Shown: one piece after another, positions 35,201 to 47,295 of the stretch
Layout of the letters: the number at the start of each line of letters is the position of its first letter
Numbering within the stretch: the stretch's first letter is position 1
Assembly: GCA_965235115.1 (NCBI GenBank)
Contig: OZ249436.1
Span: 27,218,001-27,282,000, forward strand
From: Laetmonice hystrix
Lineage: Eukaryota
Direction: 5' to 3'
Length of the DNA stretch: 64,000 bases
The notes under the pieces: model-generated
Told to the model about the DNA's origin: nothing
Databases searched by the model: none
Seen by the model: only the letters and a program-made list of their open reading frames with translations
Made by a program: the position numbers and the translations under genes

Positions 35201-37778
35201 AATTACAACCATCCAGTAGACATGGGCAAAGATTGTCTCTAACATTTCGACTTTTACTGGTATTTCTGGACGTTTGTTGATAATGAACTGCTATTTTACC
35301 ATTAAATGTGAATTCTTATGAAAGCCTTAAAAAATTCTTAATTATAGCATGGTGATTTTGAGCCCATACCTATTGTAAATCATACCATCGACAGTGATAT
35401 TGCCTTTAAAAATACTACATTCGTGAATTTATTTCCACACTGCCTGGGGCCAGGATCCTCACACTATCTTTAAAAATAGCCTTTATTTGCATATCATCAA
35501 GTTGCCTTCACAACTAAGAATTTCTCATGAAACGTAGGGCTTCTACCCTTTTCTAGTTACTGCTTTCGATAATGAGCTGTTCTTTTGGAACGGATACGAG
35601 TTATCATGACCAAATACCAAACATTTTGCGACTTGTGAAAGACTCTATTTTCTAAATTAGTTCCCTCAATATGTTTCAAATGGAATAAATTCTTCCACAA
35701 ACAGAAGGCATCGTTCAACTGTAGTACTTAACTCTGCCATCTCGAATATATATGCTGTACATTCCTAAATTTGCTGCTTACCTTCTAGGCATTCTGACCA
35801 CCTTCACATCTTTCTTGTAGGCAGTGAAGTCATTACATATTAAAAAACCATAACATCGAATATATTTTTTTTCTTGTCGATGAAACTGTTTCCCATTAGT
35901 CTGATCTTATTGAATAATGCACTTTCAACATGCGACAGAGTGTGCAGCAATGTTAGCATGATATCTGAAATGACCCTAAATCAAATATATCTGGGCATGG
36001 TTTCTTGTAAAGATATCAACAATCAATCAGACTGTATTCATACACAATCAGAATGTAAAGTGTAAACACGTACATGTTTAACAATAACATCTTTCAGGCC
36101 ATCATAACCCAGAGGTAAACAGGCTTTGTACACTTCAAGACAACTATAACTCGAAGTGAAGCGCACTCTTCTCAAAACAGAAAAGTTGCCTCAATTCTCG
36201 GAATTGTTTTTTTTAAGTCACATAAATCGTTGACTTGCCCTTGGGTGCCAAGTTTCACCAGGAGAACTTATAGCAAGAGATACACTGGCGAGGTATTGTG
36301 ACCTTGAGATCTACTGTAAGCTAACCTACCATTATGTGAAACTAATATTAGATTCTTCTCTCAACTGCACTACGTTCTTACTGGAAGGCAACACTGAATA
36401 CTGCAAATTAGCACCCCAGTATATGTCAAGTCACCTAATGGCTATGGGGTATCATCAAGTAAATATTAAATTCCACTGAATTCAGGTCAAGGCCAGGGAG
36501 CATTAGGCGAATGATATTGGAATAATACTTTTAGTCTTAGCTGATTACCCGTTAATTCCAGATGTATAATTAATACCTGGCTCTTTCATAATTCCACTTT
36601 TTCAAACAACTATCAATAAAATAAGTCAGAAAACCAAAAAAGAAAGAGGATTTAAAAGTGGCAGTTCTTGTCCTTCGGGATGAGCTTTCATTAGATTACT
36701 GCCTATACCCTATACTGTATTTAATTAAAGTAATGCTACATTCTACCTTCCTTCAAGATAACAGCACTGTCTGCAAAACTATTTGTCTTTGCCCAAATTC
36801 TACAAGATTTTGATTGGTGTATCAGAAGCAAGTAGTAGAGTATAGTTTGAATTTCCTGTAAATCACAAATAAATGACATTCACCTACACCTAACCTGGTA
36901 GAAACTTTAGTGGATGGCTTCCTTGGTTTTCATAGATTGGAACTGCTCCGCTGCCTACATATGCAATGTTATAAAGTATTAGCAACATATTGAACGTCAA
37001 GAAGTACATACATCTATAATCTCTTCTGGTAATCTACCGAGATAAAATGTAAATTAAGCAAAGAAATGCGATGGACTTCCTGAACTTGAATTAATTCAAG
37101 TCAAGCTGGTGGATCTAGGTAGCTAGAAAACATGTTCCAGGGGCACCTGTTCAAGACGTGTGACTAAACCCTCTGCTTGTAAGCACAAAAGTACAAACCC
37201 TAGATGATTGAACTTGTCTGAAGAAACTAAGAGATTTGTACACATTTTGAAGGACAAGGTCAGGTCGGCAAATCTAGTTTTGTGATTTAAGAGCGACCCT
37301 TCAGTTCCCACATCTCATATTCTTCACCTCTTAATTTTAGACCTTCCAAATGTTTACACATTTGATAAAGACTTGTAAATTGAGTGACCCACAGGCTTGG
37401 CGTCTCACACAAGCTCTAACTTAGCAAGAACATGAAAACGTAACATGAGAAAGAATTATTGGCAATAATGCACTACATTTAAACTACATGCTAAAATCAT
37501 TCTACTACATGTATGATCTTGCAACAGTTTTCCACAACAGAATACACAGTTTAGTTCAGCACAAAACACATCCTTTGATTACGACAGGACACTGAGAGAG
37601 ATTTTTCAGACCATGTGCACATTTGAAGGCATCCTCTACAGAAATACAAACGTATATCTGCCCTGGTTGTCAAGTATCACTGAATTTGTTAGTAAAGTGA
37701 GAGATCTTTGCTACGGTGGGATATAACCAACAATCACTTCCCATATATTCAAAATGGCAAACATTCCCTGTTTTCAGT

Positions 37779-40505
37779 CTATGTATCTGCACACTTTGCA
37801 CGCCTGCCTCGTTTTCTGGTTACAAGAGTTACTTTTTGATGGGGTTCCACTGAGGAGTCTGATTGCGAGCTGTTACCATTTTCTTTATGGTGGTCTATTT
37901 TATGGGCAAGAAGGGACGATCGTTGAACGAAAGCTTTACTACATAACTCACAGCTGTACACTTTCATCTTCAGTTGCAGGGGGTCATGGTCATCGTCCTC
38001 AAGGGACGCATCACTGTCAGCACTACCGGCACTGCTGCGACATTTTCCATTGTCACTGCGATCATTGTCAGTGCTATCACTCAGCACGCTGCCGTCACTA
38101 CTTGCACAGTCATTATTATTAGCATCATCTTCCTCCATACTGCCATCCTCCTCCTCTGCCTCCTGAACAGTTTCATCTTTCACTTCCAAACTTCTCAAAT
38201 CACCTTCATCGTATTCACTCTCTGGCTGACCATTATCGGAGCCACACGTTTCTCTCTCCTCCCCTTCCGTGGCTGTATCATTGGAGAGGTCAGACCCTGA
38301 TTCTGCCTCCCTGTTCCCATCTTCTGACTCCTCGCCATCAGTTTCAGGATCAACCTCTCCCACCTCTTCCTCCTCCTGCCCATTTTCAACATCATCAGAC
38401 TCACTCTGCTCACTACTGTTGTTATCTCTGTCCGACACATTTCCTTCATCACCAGAGTCATCCTCCGACTCACTAGGAGTTTCCCGAACTGCCTGCACAG
38501 CTGCATCTTTTAACCTGCATTCTTCCTCCTCTTGGTAGAGTTCCTCCGTCTGCACATACTGCTGACTTTTTGTGACTTGGCTTTGGGAATTTTGGTCATC
38601 TTGACCAGCAGTGTGCTCGCCTTCCTCGTCTCCCTCGTCAAATGTTTCTTCATCTGAGCCTGCCTCACTCTGCTGATCATCATCTTGTTCTCCCTGATGG
38701 GAGCTTTCATCAGAGGTGCTCTCGTCATCTGCTGAGACTGAGTCCTCCCCATCATCATCTTCAGCATCACTACGGACGTTATTTGTTTCATTCTGAGGAC
38801 TGTGTCCACTGATCTCGGACTCTCCTTCGTTGAGAGACTCATCATCGAGTTGTTCATTCCCTTCCCATTCCCCACTATTTTCATCACCATCATGATCATG
38901 AGGGTCTTCAGAATCATCACCATGCTCTTGTTCTTGTGACATAATATTCCGCAGACTGCTTCTCGTAACCCTCCGTTGAGGAAGAGGCCCCCCACGGATG
39001 GCCATACCTCCTCGCTGCCGACATCCCCCTCTCATGAAAAGACACTTTTCTTGTTCTTTTCTTATGCTAGCCACTACTTCGTTAAGATCTATGTGGTTGA
39101 CGTTACTCTTCCCACCTCTCTGCCGGGCTCTTCCTCTTCCCCGCGATGATTTCTTTCTACTTGGTTGTGATGGACTAACTTCCATGGGGACATCAGGTTG
39201 GGGCTCTCCTTGTCCTTCATGGGAATGTTCTGGTCTATCTGAATCTACTTGTGTCTCTTGATTCACTTTCAATGATTTCACCACTATTGAATCTGATATT
39301 TGTACATCACCTCTCCGTTTTTTTCCTTTTCTCTGTGTCACTGTATCAGTTTCTTCTCCTCCCTCCTTCTCCTCCTCAGCCTGATCAGCTGAGCTTGTAT
39401 CCATAGCCTCCTCCACTCCTGCCTGATCTGACACGTTCTTCGCTTCCTTTCCTTGGCACTTGGCCAGGTCTTCAACTACAATTACCACAGTCCCTTCCTG
39501 CACTTCTTCACCATTTGAAGCATTCTTGGATTTTTGTTTGTTTGCTAATCGCCGTCTTTCTTTTGCCTTTCTTTGTATACGGCGTTCTTTCTCCTTCTCA
39601 ACTTTAGCATCAAATCCCTGCTCATGGATTTTAAGATGAGCGTCGAGACAGAAAGCCCAGCGGAACGACTGCTTGCAGATGTGACATTCATGAGGCTTTT
39701 CAAAGACGGGATTTTGGGAAACAGGTTTCTGGACCGGTTGTACTTCAAGTTTAACACCGGCCTCCTGCTTCATTTCAAGTCCATCCTCTTCATGGCCTTT
39801 CATGTGGGCTTCTAGGGTGAAGGAATACTTGAAGGACTGATTGCACACGCGACATTTGAAAACCCTGTCTTCTTCTTCATCATCTGCGGCCTCCTCTTTC
39901 ACGACATTGATGTCTGGAAGTAAAGGTGTAGACAGGGCTCCCATGGATTTATAAAGCTCACGTCTTTTTTCTCTCTCTTCCTGTTCACGCCGTTCCTGTT
40001 CCCTCTTTTCTTGTTCCTTCATTTCCTTCTTGTGAATTTTGTTGTGAATTGCCAAGCCTGCTGCATCTCTGAATGATTCATGGCAGATCATACAAGCATG
40101 GGGCTTTTCAATGTGCGTGTGAAGATGCTTCTTGAGATTTTCATGCCATGAGAATTGGATTCCACACGTTCCACATTTGTAGGGTTTTTGTCCGGTGTGA
40201 TCCTGTACATGGTGTTCCTCAAGAACGCGGTGATTACGAAACACCTTTTTGCATATGTCACAAGTCACATACTTTTTGCCCTCTTTATTGTGGACATGCA
40301 TATGACGTTTGAATTGGTTTTCATTATTGAAGTTCTTATCACAGTTAGGACAGTAAAACGTCTGCCTCTCCCTGTGAGACCACTGATGAACAAGAAGTTC
40401 CCGCCGCGAGCTAAAGATTTTGCCACACATACTGCAGGCCAGGGGATTTTGTGCAGGAATTGTGAGACTAACAATCTCAAGAGGCTTGGTCTCATCCTCT
40501 GCCAT
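37779..40505 (-). CDS. C2H2 zinc-finger protein (8 fingers, long acidic disordered region), single coding exon, 908 aa
   Basis: Intact ORF with Kozak-like caacATGG and an upstream acceptor at 40554-40555. Five clustered N-terminal fingers, two isolated, one C-terminal. Candidate AATAAA on - strand at ~33983 implies a ~3.8-kb 3'UTR. Confidence 0.93.
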   Translation of the reverse strand: MAEDETKPLEIVSLTIPAQNPLACSMCGKIFSSRRELLVHQWSHRERQTFYCPNCDKNFNNENQFKRHMHVHNKEGKKYVTCDICKKVFRNHRVLEEHHVQDHTGQKPYKCGTCGIQFSWHENLKKHLHTHIEKPHACMICHESFRDAAGLAIHNKIHKKEMKEQEKREQERREQEEREKRRELYKSMGALSTPLLPDINVVKEEAADDEEEDRVFKCRVCNQSFKYSFTLEAHMKGHEEDGLEMKQEAGVKLEVQPVQKPVSQNPVFEKPHECHICKQSFRWAFCLDAHLKIHEQGFDAKVEKEKERRIQRKAKERRRLANKQKSKNASNGEEVQEGTVVIVVEDLAKCQGKEAKNVSDQAGVEEAMDTSSADQAEEEKEGGEETDTVTQRKGKKRRGDVQISDSIVVKSLKVNQETQVDSDRPEHSHEGQGEPQPDVPMEVSPSQPSRKKSSRGRGRARQRGGKSNVNHIDLNEVVASIRKEQEKCLFMRGGCRQRGGMAIRGGPLPQRRVTRSSLRNIMSQEQEHGDDSEDPHDHDGDENSGEWEGNEQLDDESLNEGESEISGHSPQNETNNVRSDAEDDDGEDSVSADDESTSDESSHQGEQDDDQQSEAGSDEETFDEGDEEGEHTAGQDDQNSQSQVTKSQQYVQTEELYQEEEECRLKDAAVQAVRETPSESEDDSGDEGNVSDRDNNSSEQSESDDVENGQEEEEVGEVDPETDGEESEDGNREAESGSDLSNDTATEGEERETCGSDNGQPESEYDEGDLRSLEVKDETVQEAEEEDGSMEEDDANNNDCASSDGSVLSDSTDNDRSDNGKCRSSAGSADSDASLEDDDHDPLQLKMKVYSCELCSKAFVQRSSLLAHKIDHHKENGNSSQSDSSVEPHQKVTLVTRKRGRRAKCADT

Positions 40506-40605
40506 GTTGATGTATCTTCAGTCTGGATCTCTTCAAGCTGTGCAGATTCCAAACTGGAAAATAAAAAGATTATTTTATATTGAAAGATTTTTTGCTATTG
40601 AATGC

Positions 40606-41922
40606 AGCCTGGGACCAAGTTAATAGGTAGGCCTATAAAAAGCAGTGTATGAGAATTGAGATGCAACTGGAACAAAGGGGAAGACGAAATCAATGTCATA
40701 GACGTGATCCACTTGTGTTGCGATGGCTTCCGCATGTCTACGATTTTCTCTCTCTCAGAAGATTCGGAAGTACGTACAACAGGGCTCTCAAAAGTAGCCG
40801 GTCACCGGCGGCAAAACACCGTCTAAAACAAGTTTTGCCGCCACCTACTTTTTGTTGAATGACAAAAAATCTTTTTAACAATATGCTTTTTTCACTTTCC
40901 TACACATAGGATCTGCACAAGGCCTCATCATGTACCAAAACAACATGTCAGTGATGACCAATTGCCCCTCTCAGATGCCAGGAAATTGCATCTCAGGGGG
41001 ACATTTTTTCAAATTTTTCCGGGGGAGGGCCCTCAGACCCCCCCCCCCGAGGGCTGTACCCTGCAACTTTCTCTTCTGTACCCTGGGGTGCGTTTCTGTA
41101 AAGCCCAAAAGACTCTTTGAGACCCTCGCTGAACCCAAAGAGTCTTTGCGGCGACGTGGTGTTTCTATAACACTCTATTCTTTAACACTGGTTTTGAAAA
41201 GACTTTTTTGAAAGACTCTTTGCGCAAAGACATCTTTCCCTTACAGAAACGCACCCCTGGTACAAGTACTCGTAAGGCTGCTTAAGGAATCGTAGGCTTG
41301 CGTAACCCGCGTAAGCACTCGTAAGAAAATCGGAAAGCATAATCCACTTAGGGTCTTAAGAGCTCTTCCGATCGTCAGAGGCCATCAAAATGGAGGTTTC
41401 ACTGGTTTCCCTCACCTTCGCCTTTTTGGCCGAAGGTGAGGAACAGGGAATTGGAAGAAAAAGAAAGAGGACAAAAAAGAAAACATAAATTTTGGGTCTG
41501 GGGATGGATCAACAAACGGGAATCTGGAATTGCTGCCAGATTTTTCTTTGCGGGTTTTTCCTCTTATGGAGTTGCCTTTTGCCTCGTGGCTCTCGCCATC
41601 TTAAAAGTTCAAGGCAGTTGGACGGAAATACGCGATTTGATTGTTCAGTTATCATCTGATGGTGCTCCCCCCTAGGTTTTTGGATTCGCTTTACACCTTC
41701 CACGCTCTTCAGAGTGCTTACGAACTCTTTATGCATCTTCTGATGTGTTACCCGAGGCACTCTTCTAATAATATCTAACATTTTTGATCTGCTCGTAAGG
41801 AGGTCCCATTCGACGAATTAATGATGAATAAAAGTGAGTATCTAACACTCAATTTTGTCTTCACTGTTTGTTCCAATTGCATCTCATGCAGATTTTCGTA
41901 CCTATTAACTTGGTCCCAGGCT
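40606..41922. mobile_element. Composite TIR element ~50 bp upstream of the ZNF coding-exon acceptor
   Basis: AGCCTGGGACCAAGTTAATAGGTA perfect terminal match, extending imperfectly to ~80 bp. Flanks ATGC/ATGT. Contains a nested MITE. Confidence 0.65.
41086..41256. mobile_element. PIF/Harbinger-like MITE, CTG TSD
   Basis: TIR GGGTGCGTTTCTGTAA / TTACAGAAACGCACCC; CTG on both sides. Confidence 0.8.
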
Positions 41923-42647
41923 ATGTCTGAAAATATAACCTAACATTATAGGGATAAGTTAAAAAAAGGCAGTGGTCATTGTGCCGGCGTATGGATGGGT
42001 ATGTGACTGCAATACTGGATTCTTATTGGATGTCTGATGGTAAAATAACAGATTATCTAATTAGTGCCTAATTAACAACAAATTTGGGACTAAACTAACT
42101 AACCCTTTTCTTTACACATTGTTTTCTGTCGGTATTAATCAAACTAAAAGCCACCACACACACTGCGATTACTCGTCACACGACCGTCTCACGACCGTCC
42201 GTCACTATGGCAATGAGTGGCCTGCAACAGCCTGCGACCGTCGCAGACATTCTGACAGTGCCAGAACCTAGAGCTGCAACCATCACAAGACTCCATTCTG
42301 TCCTGTGTAGATGAGCTGGGGTCAAAAACTGGGTCACGACGGTCACGTTGCAGCCGGCAACTTTCTCAAAATCAAAAATCGTTTTAGTCCAGTATGTCGT
42401 CCAACATAAATCTGACTGTAACTGATCTATTTACCCCACAAATTGATGTCAATTTTACTCTCAGAATGCACCAGAGTTCACCTACGGACACCAAGAAATC
42501 AAAACTTTTCAGGGGGATGCCCCCAGACCCCCCCCCCCCCTTCTACTACTTTTCTTATTGAAACCCCTGGTCGCAGGGAGTTTCAAGCAGACGCAGTGTG
42601 TGTGTTGGCCTTAATTTATTTATTCCGCCGTCTGACGGCAGAATAAC

Positions 42648-43104
42648 CACTGGCGGATCCAGGGGGGTTCAGGGGGTTCGAACCCCCCCTAAAATTTTGC
42701 AGATACACACATTTTTACTTTAGGGGGTTCAAACATTATAATTTAGAAGTTTTTTTTCTTTCAGTCGCAAGATAAAAACCACCTAAAATTTGTGTTTGCC
42801 TCGCTACGCTCGGCATGATTTCATGCTATAGCCAAATTTGCTGTTGGAGTTGAGGAGGCCCTTTTGCCCTTCGTCACATTGGTCATTGAATAGCTTATTT
42901 TGTGCTCCAAAATGCATTGGATTGCAACAAATTACACCTTGAATTTCAAAATTTTCCGGGGGAGCATGCCCCCGTACCCCCCTAGGGAGGCTTCGCGCCT
43001 CCCGCGCTTGCAGACTTCGCGCCTTTGGCGCTCGTACAGTCATGTCAGTGTCGCCCCTGAACACGTTGAATCCCCCCTAACGGAAAAAGCTGGATCCGCC
43101 CCTG
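42648..43104. mobile_element. hAT-like MITE (CAC/GTGGCGGATCC family)
   Basis: Ends CACTGGCGGATCCAG / CTGGATCCGCCCCTG; flanks ATAAC/TTAAC. Confidence 0.75.
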
Positions 43105-44420
43105 TTAACCACGGCACTGCGTTAAAAAAAAGAGCATTGTCAACCTGCCCCATATTCTTTTATTTTAATGTAGGCTGTTAGTGTTACCCTAGGCAACAGC
43201 AAAGCGGAGAACTGCCCTTGCCTAGGCCAGGGCCTGTCTAATTAAGTTCAGTTGAGTCAGACTTGATTTTGTCTGGGACGTGTTGTTGTCACTCAATCCC
43301 ACACAAGTTTCCACCATTTTACATCCATATCACCCCGCACATACACTGACTCCACCGACAAGAGTCGACCTTTTAATACTCTGAGTGTGGGGCTCCTCTC
43401 CGCTGGACTATGGCAAGGAGGCCAAGGCCAACTGAAGAACCCAACTGAACTGCGGCTGAGCTTCAGCTCACTCGTCAGTCGACGGGGAGAGGCTCAGGCT
43501 GTCGAGACCGGGCACTTGAAACAGCAAATTGCATACCTTGTGACCATAGAATCACGTTCTATGGCAGATAGTCTGGTCGAGCCATCCGTCTTGGATGCAA
43601 GGCGTCTCTGAACTTTGATAGTATTGTCTTCATAAGTGTCGAGGACAGGCCATAATCTATCAAGAAAGCCCGCCTTGTAATATCACATCGAAGCCATTGT
43701 GGGCACCACAGGAACCGGAACAGACTAAGCACAGAGAGTACCACTGGAGGATAAATGTTCGCGTGCAACCCGTTTATACGGAGTTGACCTGTCTGGTTTG
43801 TGTATCGAAATAAAATAAATAGCAGGGTTTCCGCCAGAAATCTTTATTTGGATAGAGAGCAATACAGCTGCCAAAGTGATTCGGCGGGGGTTCTGGGGGC
43901 CTCCCCCACTGATAGGAGAAATTGTGATATTTTTAGAGACCAAGACACACTTGTACTTTGTAGGCCTACAAATCCTGAGTCTTTTGTATTATTAGGCCTA
44001 GCCCTAGGCCTATTTTTTATCTCTTCATTTTTTGGGGTAGGCCTAACCCTAGGATTTTTTTGGGGGGGGGGGGGTACGGAATTTGACCCTTTTACCCTCC
44101 TAACGGAAACGCTAAATATAGGCACAGGCTACAGTTAGGCTACTAAGTAGGCGGCCCAGGCCTACTAGTACTAGGCCTATAGCAATAAAACTTACCCCAG
44201 TAAAGATTGAACTTTCATTTATATTAACAAACAGCAAAAGTGTGTCAGATCTGCCCCCCCCCCCCCCCCAAAAAAAAAAAAAAAGAATCCTGGCTACGTC
44301 ACTGGCCTAGGCCTTTTTGTTTGGTCGACATTCCTCATGAAACGAAAAGAGGTAAGAAAGGCATAGCATCTATAGGCCTAGGCTAAACGGAGTGTACGAA
44401 TCCACTTTATCTCCCATATT

Positions 44421-44597
44421 NNNNNNNNNNNNNNNNNNNNNNNNNNNNNNNNNNNNNNNNNNNNNNNNNNNNNNNNNNNNNNNNNNNNNNNNNNNNNNNN
44501 NNNNNNNNNNNNNNNNNNNNNNNNNNNNNNNNNNNNNNNNNNNNNNNNNNNNNNNNNNNNNNNNNNNNNNNNNNNNNNNNNNNNNNNNNNNNNNNNN
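44421..44597. other. Assembly gap (N run)
   Basis: 177 N bases. Confidence 1.
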
Positions 44598-47295
44598 TTT
44601 ACTATAGGCTAGCCTACGCCTAAAAATTGTAGGCCTACAAAGCTTCAGAGACCAAAATCATTGTGCCCACGTGAAAGTGGAACCTGTGTTCATAGGCCTA
44701 TGAGAGTTATGAGGCTCTAATAGCATATCCCTTATTCTTGCGTTTACATATTTAAATGACTTTTTAATGAAAATAAACCATGCATCCAATGGCGTGCGGT
44801 ACCTAGGCCTATAAGATATGGCAGGTATGGCACGTGCCCTAGGTGCCACTTCTTGAAGGGGGCGCCACTACAGTTTCTTGTCAAGTCAGACAAACCCTCC
44901 TCGGATCGTGAGAAAAGATTAGTCCTTGCCATATAGGCCTAGGCGCTACTTTCTGTAGGTACGCTCCTGCATGCATTCACATTTGGCTAATTATTTAGGA
45001 AGTCGGATAAACTATGCCTTTTCAGTGCCCCCCCCCCCCCTCCACGGCACTTTCAGAAGAGACTGACGCCCCTCGGTGAAATTGGAATTTCAGTTGAATG
45101 CCATATTGGCTTGATTTGTGTTAGGCCTACTGTGTTAGCCGGGGAAGGGCCATCTTCTCGAGCCAAAAATACGCAGATCTCTTTTATTTGGGCCAGTTTT
45201 TGACGAAGTGCCCTGGCTGTAAACCACCTCTGTTTTTTTTAAATAGTCCCTCTGAAAGTCCAATGTTCCTTCAAAATGATCGACCCCTGCGCCCCTTTAA
45301 AATCTGGTTATGGGCCTGTCGGGGCAATTATTATTAGATTAATGATTTAGGTGTGTTTAGTCTAGGCTATACATGTCCAGTTAGCTATGGATGAAAATGC
45401 GTTTGTGTTTGTTCGGTTTTACACGTCAATATGAAAAGCACTCATCCTAAAACCTCATTGCTCGACAATATTTTCCTAATCCTATTTGTATTGTGTCTGC
45501 ATGCCTTGCAACATACAATATCACATAACCTGTTATAAACATAAAAACATCTTAGGCCTATCATTAGTCATCCCATGTCTGCCTTCTGTTAGGCCTATAT
45601 TCTCCTTTACTTCTCCTATACCTATAAGTTCTCCCTCTACGGCACTAAACATCATGATAATACGTCTGTTTGGAGGGGGGGGGGGGGGGTCCTGGGAAGT
45701 GGGAGGGGAAGTGAAATCGACCGGGCTTATTTAAGTGACATCGACCAGGTAAACTGCTGCAAACATGCACACAAAACCTATGTGGCTTTATTCAACTATG
45801 GAAAGCCATCACACGCGGATTGTGAAACAGGCCTAACAGGGATGTACCATTTTATCTGGCCGCTTTTAGAAAGTGAAAAATTTGCTTTAAAACAAACCGA
45901 ATTCATTGGATACCTTATGTCAAGTATGAAGAAATTTTAATCAATGCGCGGACTTATCAAAGACCCGAGGGTAAAATGTATAAAGAGGAGAGTGACTTCG
46001 ACGCTAATCGTGAGAATTCGGCGTTCGAATTTATCTGTTGAATTGTAACCTCACCCATTGAGTGGTATTTGATATAATTGTTATTCCATTTCCTCCGACA
46101 GGAGAAATGAGATTATGAAATTATTGTTGTAGTTAGACAATTTCGTTTCTCGCTTAGTTTTCAAGATATCTGTATGAAATTTGGAGGGAAGGTGTCACAT
46201 GTTTAGTTCCCCTTATCAAGCAGTATGTCGAACATGCAATGTCATGTCACAAAATAAATGCATGTAAACTATTCCTTATGCCAAACATTTTGACTGCATA
46301 ACCTCTGACCTTCTTAAGAATTGGGTCACACGAAATTTGGATAAAATGTAAAATTATGTAACATAAAACTGGACTTAGGAGGTTCGCAGTCCTGAGAGAG
46401 AAGTTGTAGTAGCGATTAATCGATCTGATGTGTTGGGACTCAGTCACGTGATTCCAAAGTTCGTCGATTTGGCCAATTTGGCAGATACACGTATTATGCT
46501 GATCGGGAATAACTGAATGAAGCTTGCAGGAACGACTCCTTGCAGCATGTACTACAATTAAGCTCCTTGAAATAATCACGTCACACAAGCTATGACCTAG
46601 GAAATGCAAAAAGCTAAGTATTTTTTTTCATTAATTGGACCTCTGACCCTGACCCTTTCTCAAATACGGGTCACAGCAGGAAGTAGTGTGTTTTGCAGTT
46701 TTACAGTGAACTGAGTGAAACTTTCCTGGAAGATTCATTATATGGCTCTCCTTATCCTGGACCAAGTAATGCGTTATGCTATGATATGTCATGGTGCAAT
46801 GAAGTCATCAACACGTCATGTAATTCATCACCTAAAAAACAAAAGAAATGAATACTGGTATACTGTTTTTATATAGCTAACCTAGGACTATGGCCTTAAT
46901 AACCTTCACAAAAATTTCAACTGTGACCTTTGACCTTCCTGGTAAAAGAGTAAAAGTTACAGCAAGTCTCTCTGTGGTCTTGGCTATGTTATGTAGGTAA
47001 TATTAGGACCCGTAAATAGGGACTATATCGGGGGCCGTAAACAAGACTGAGGCAGCTCTGAACACGATAAAGAGATGTCTGCTAAAATTAGCATAAAACT
47101 GGTGGGTCCAATGTAAAGTTTATTTCCGCTATTTCTGATATAAATTTCTTGAATCCACGATTATAATTACACGTTTTTCTTGTTAACCCGCTTGCCATAG
47201 TTTTACTTTATAGCCGAAGGGACACTGTATTTAAGTGCATGGCATTGTCAGTGCCATGTTGTGTTCCTGTGACATAACCTACGGAGCAGAACAAA

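Noticed and set aside
43380-43790. Possible hAT dimerisation-domain or exon remnant (…RLSAIERD…)
   Set aside because: Similarity is too weak and interrupted by stops.
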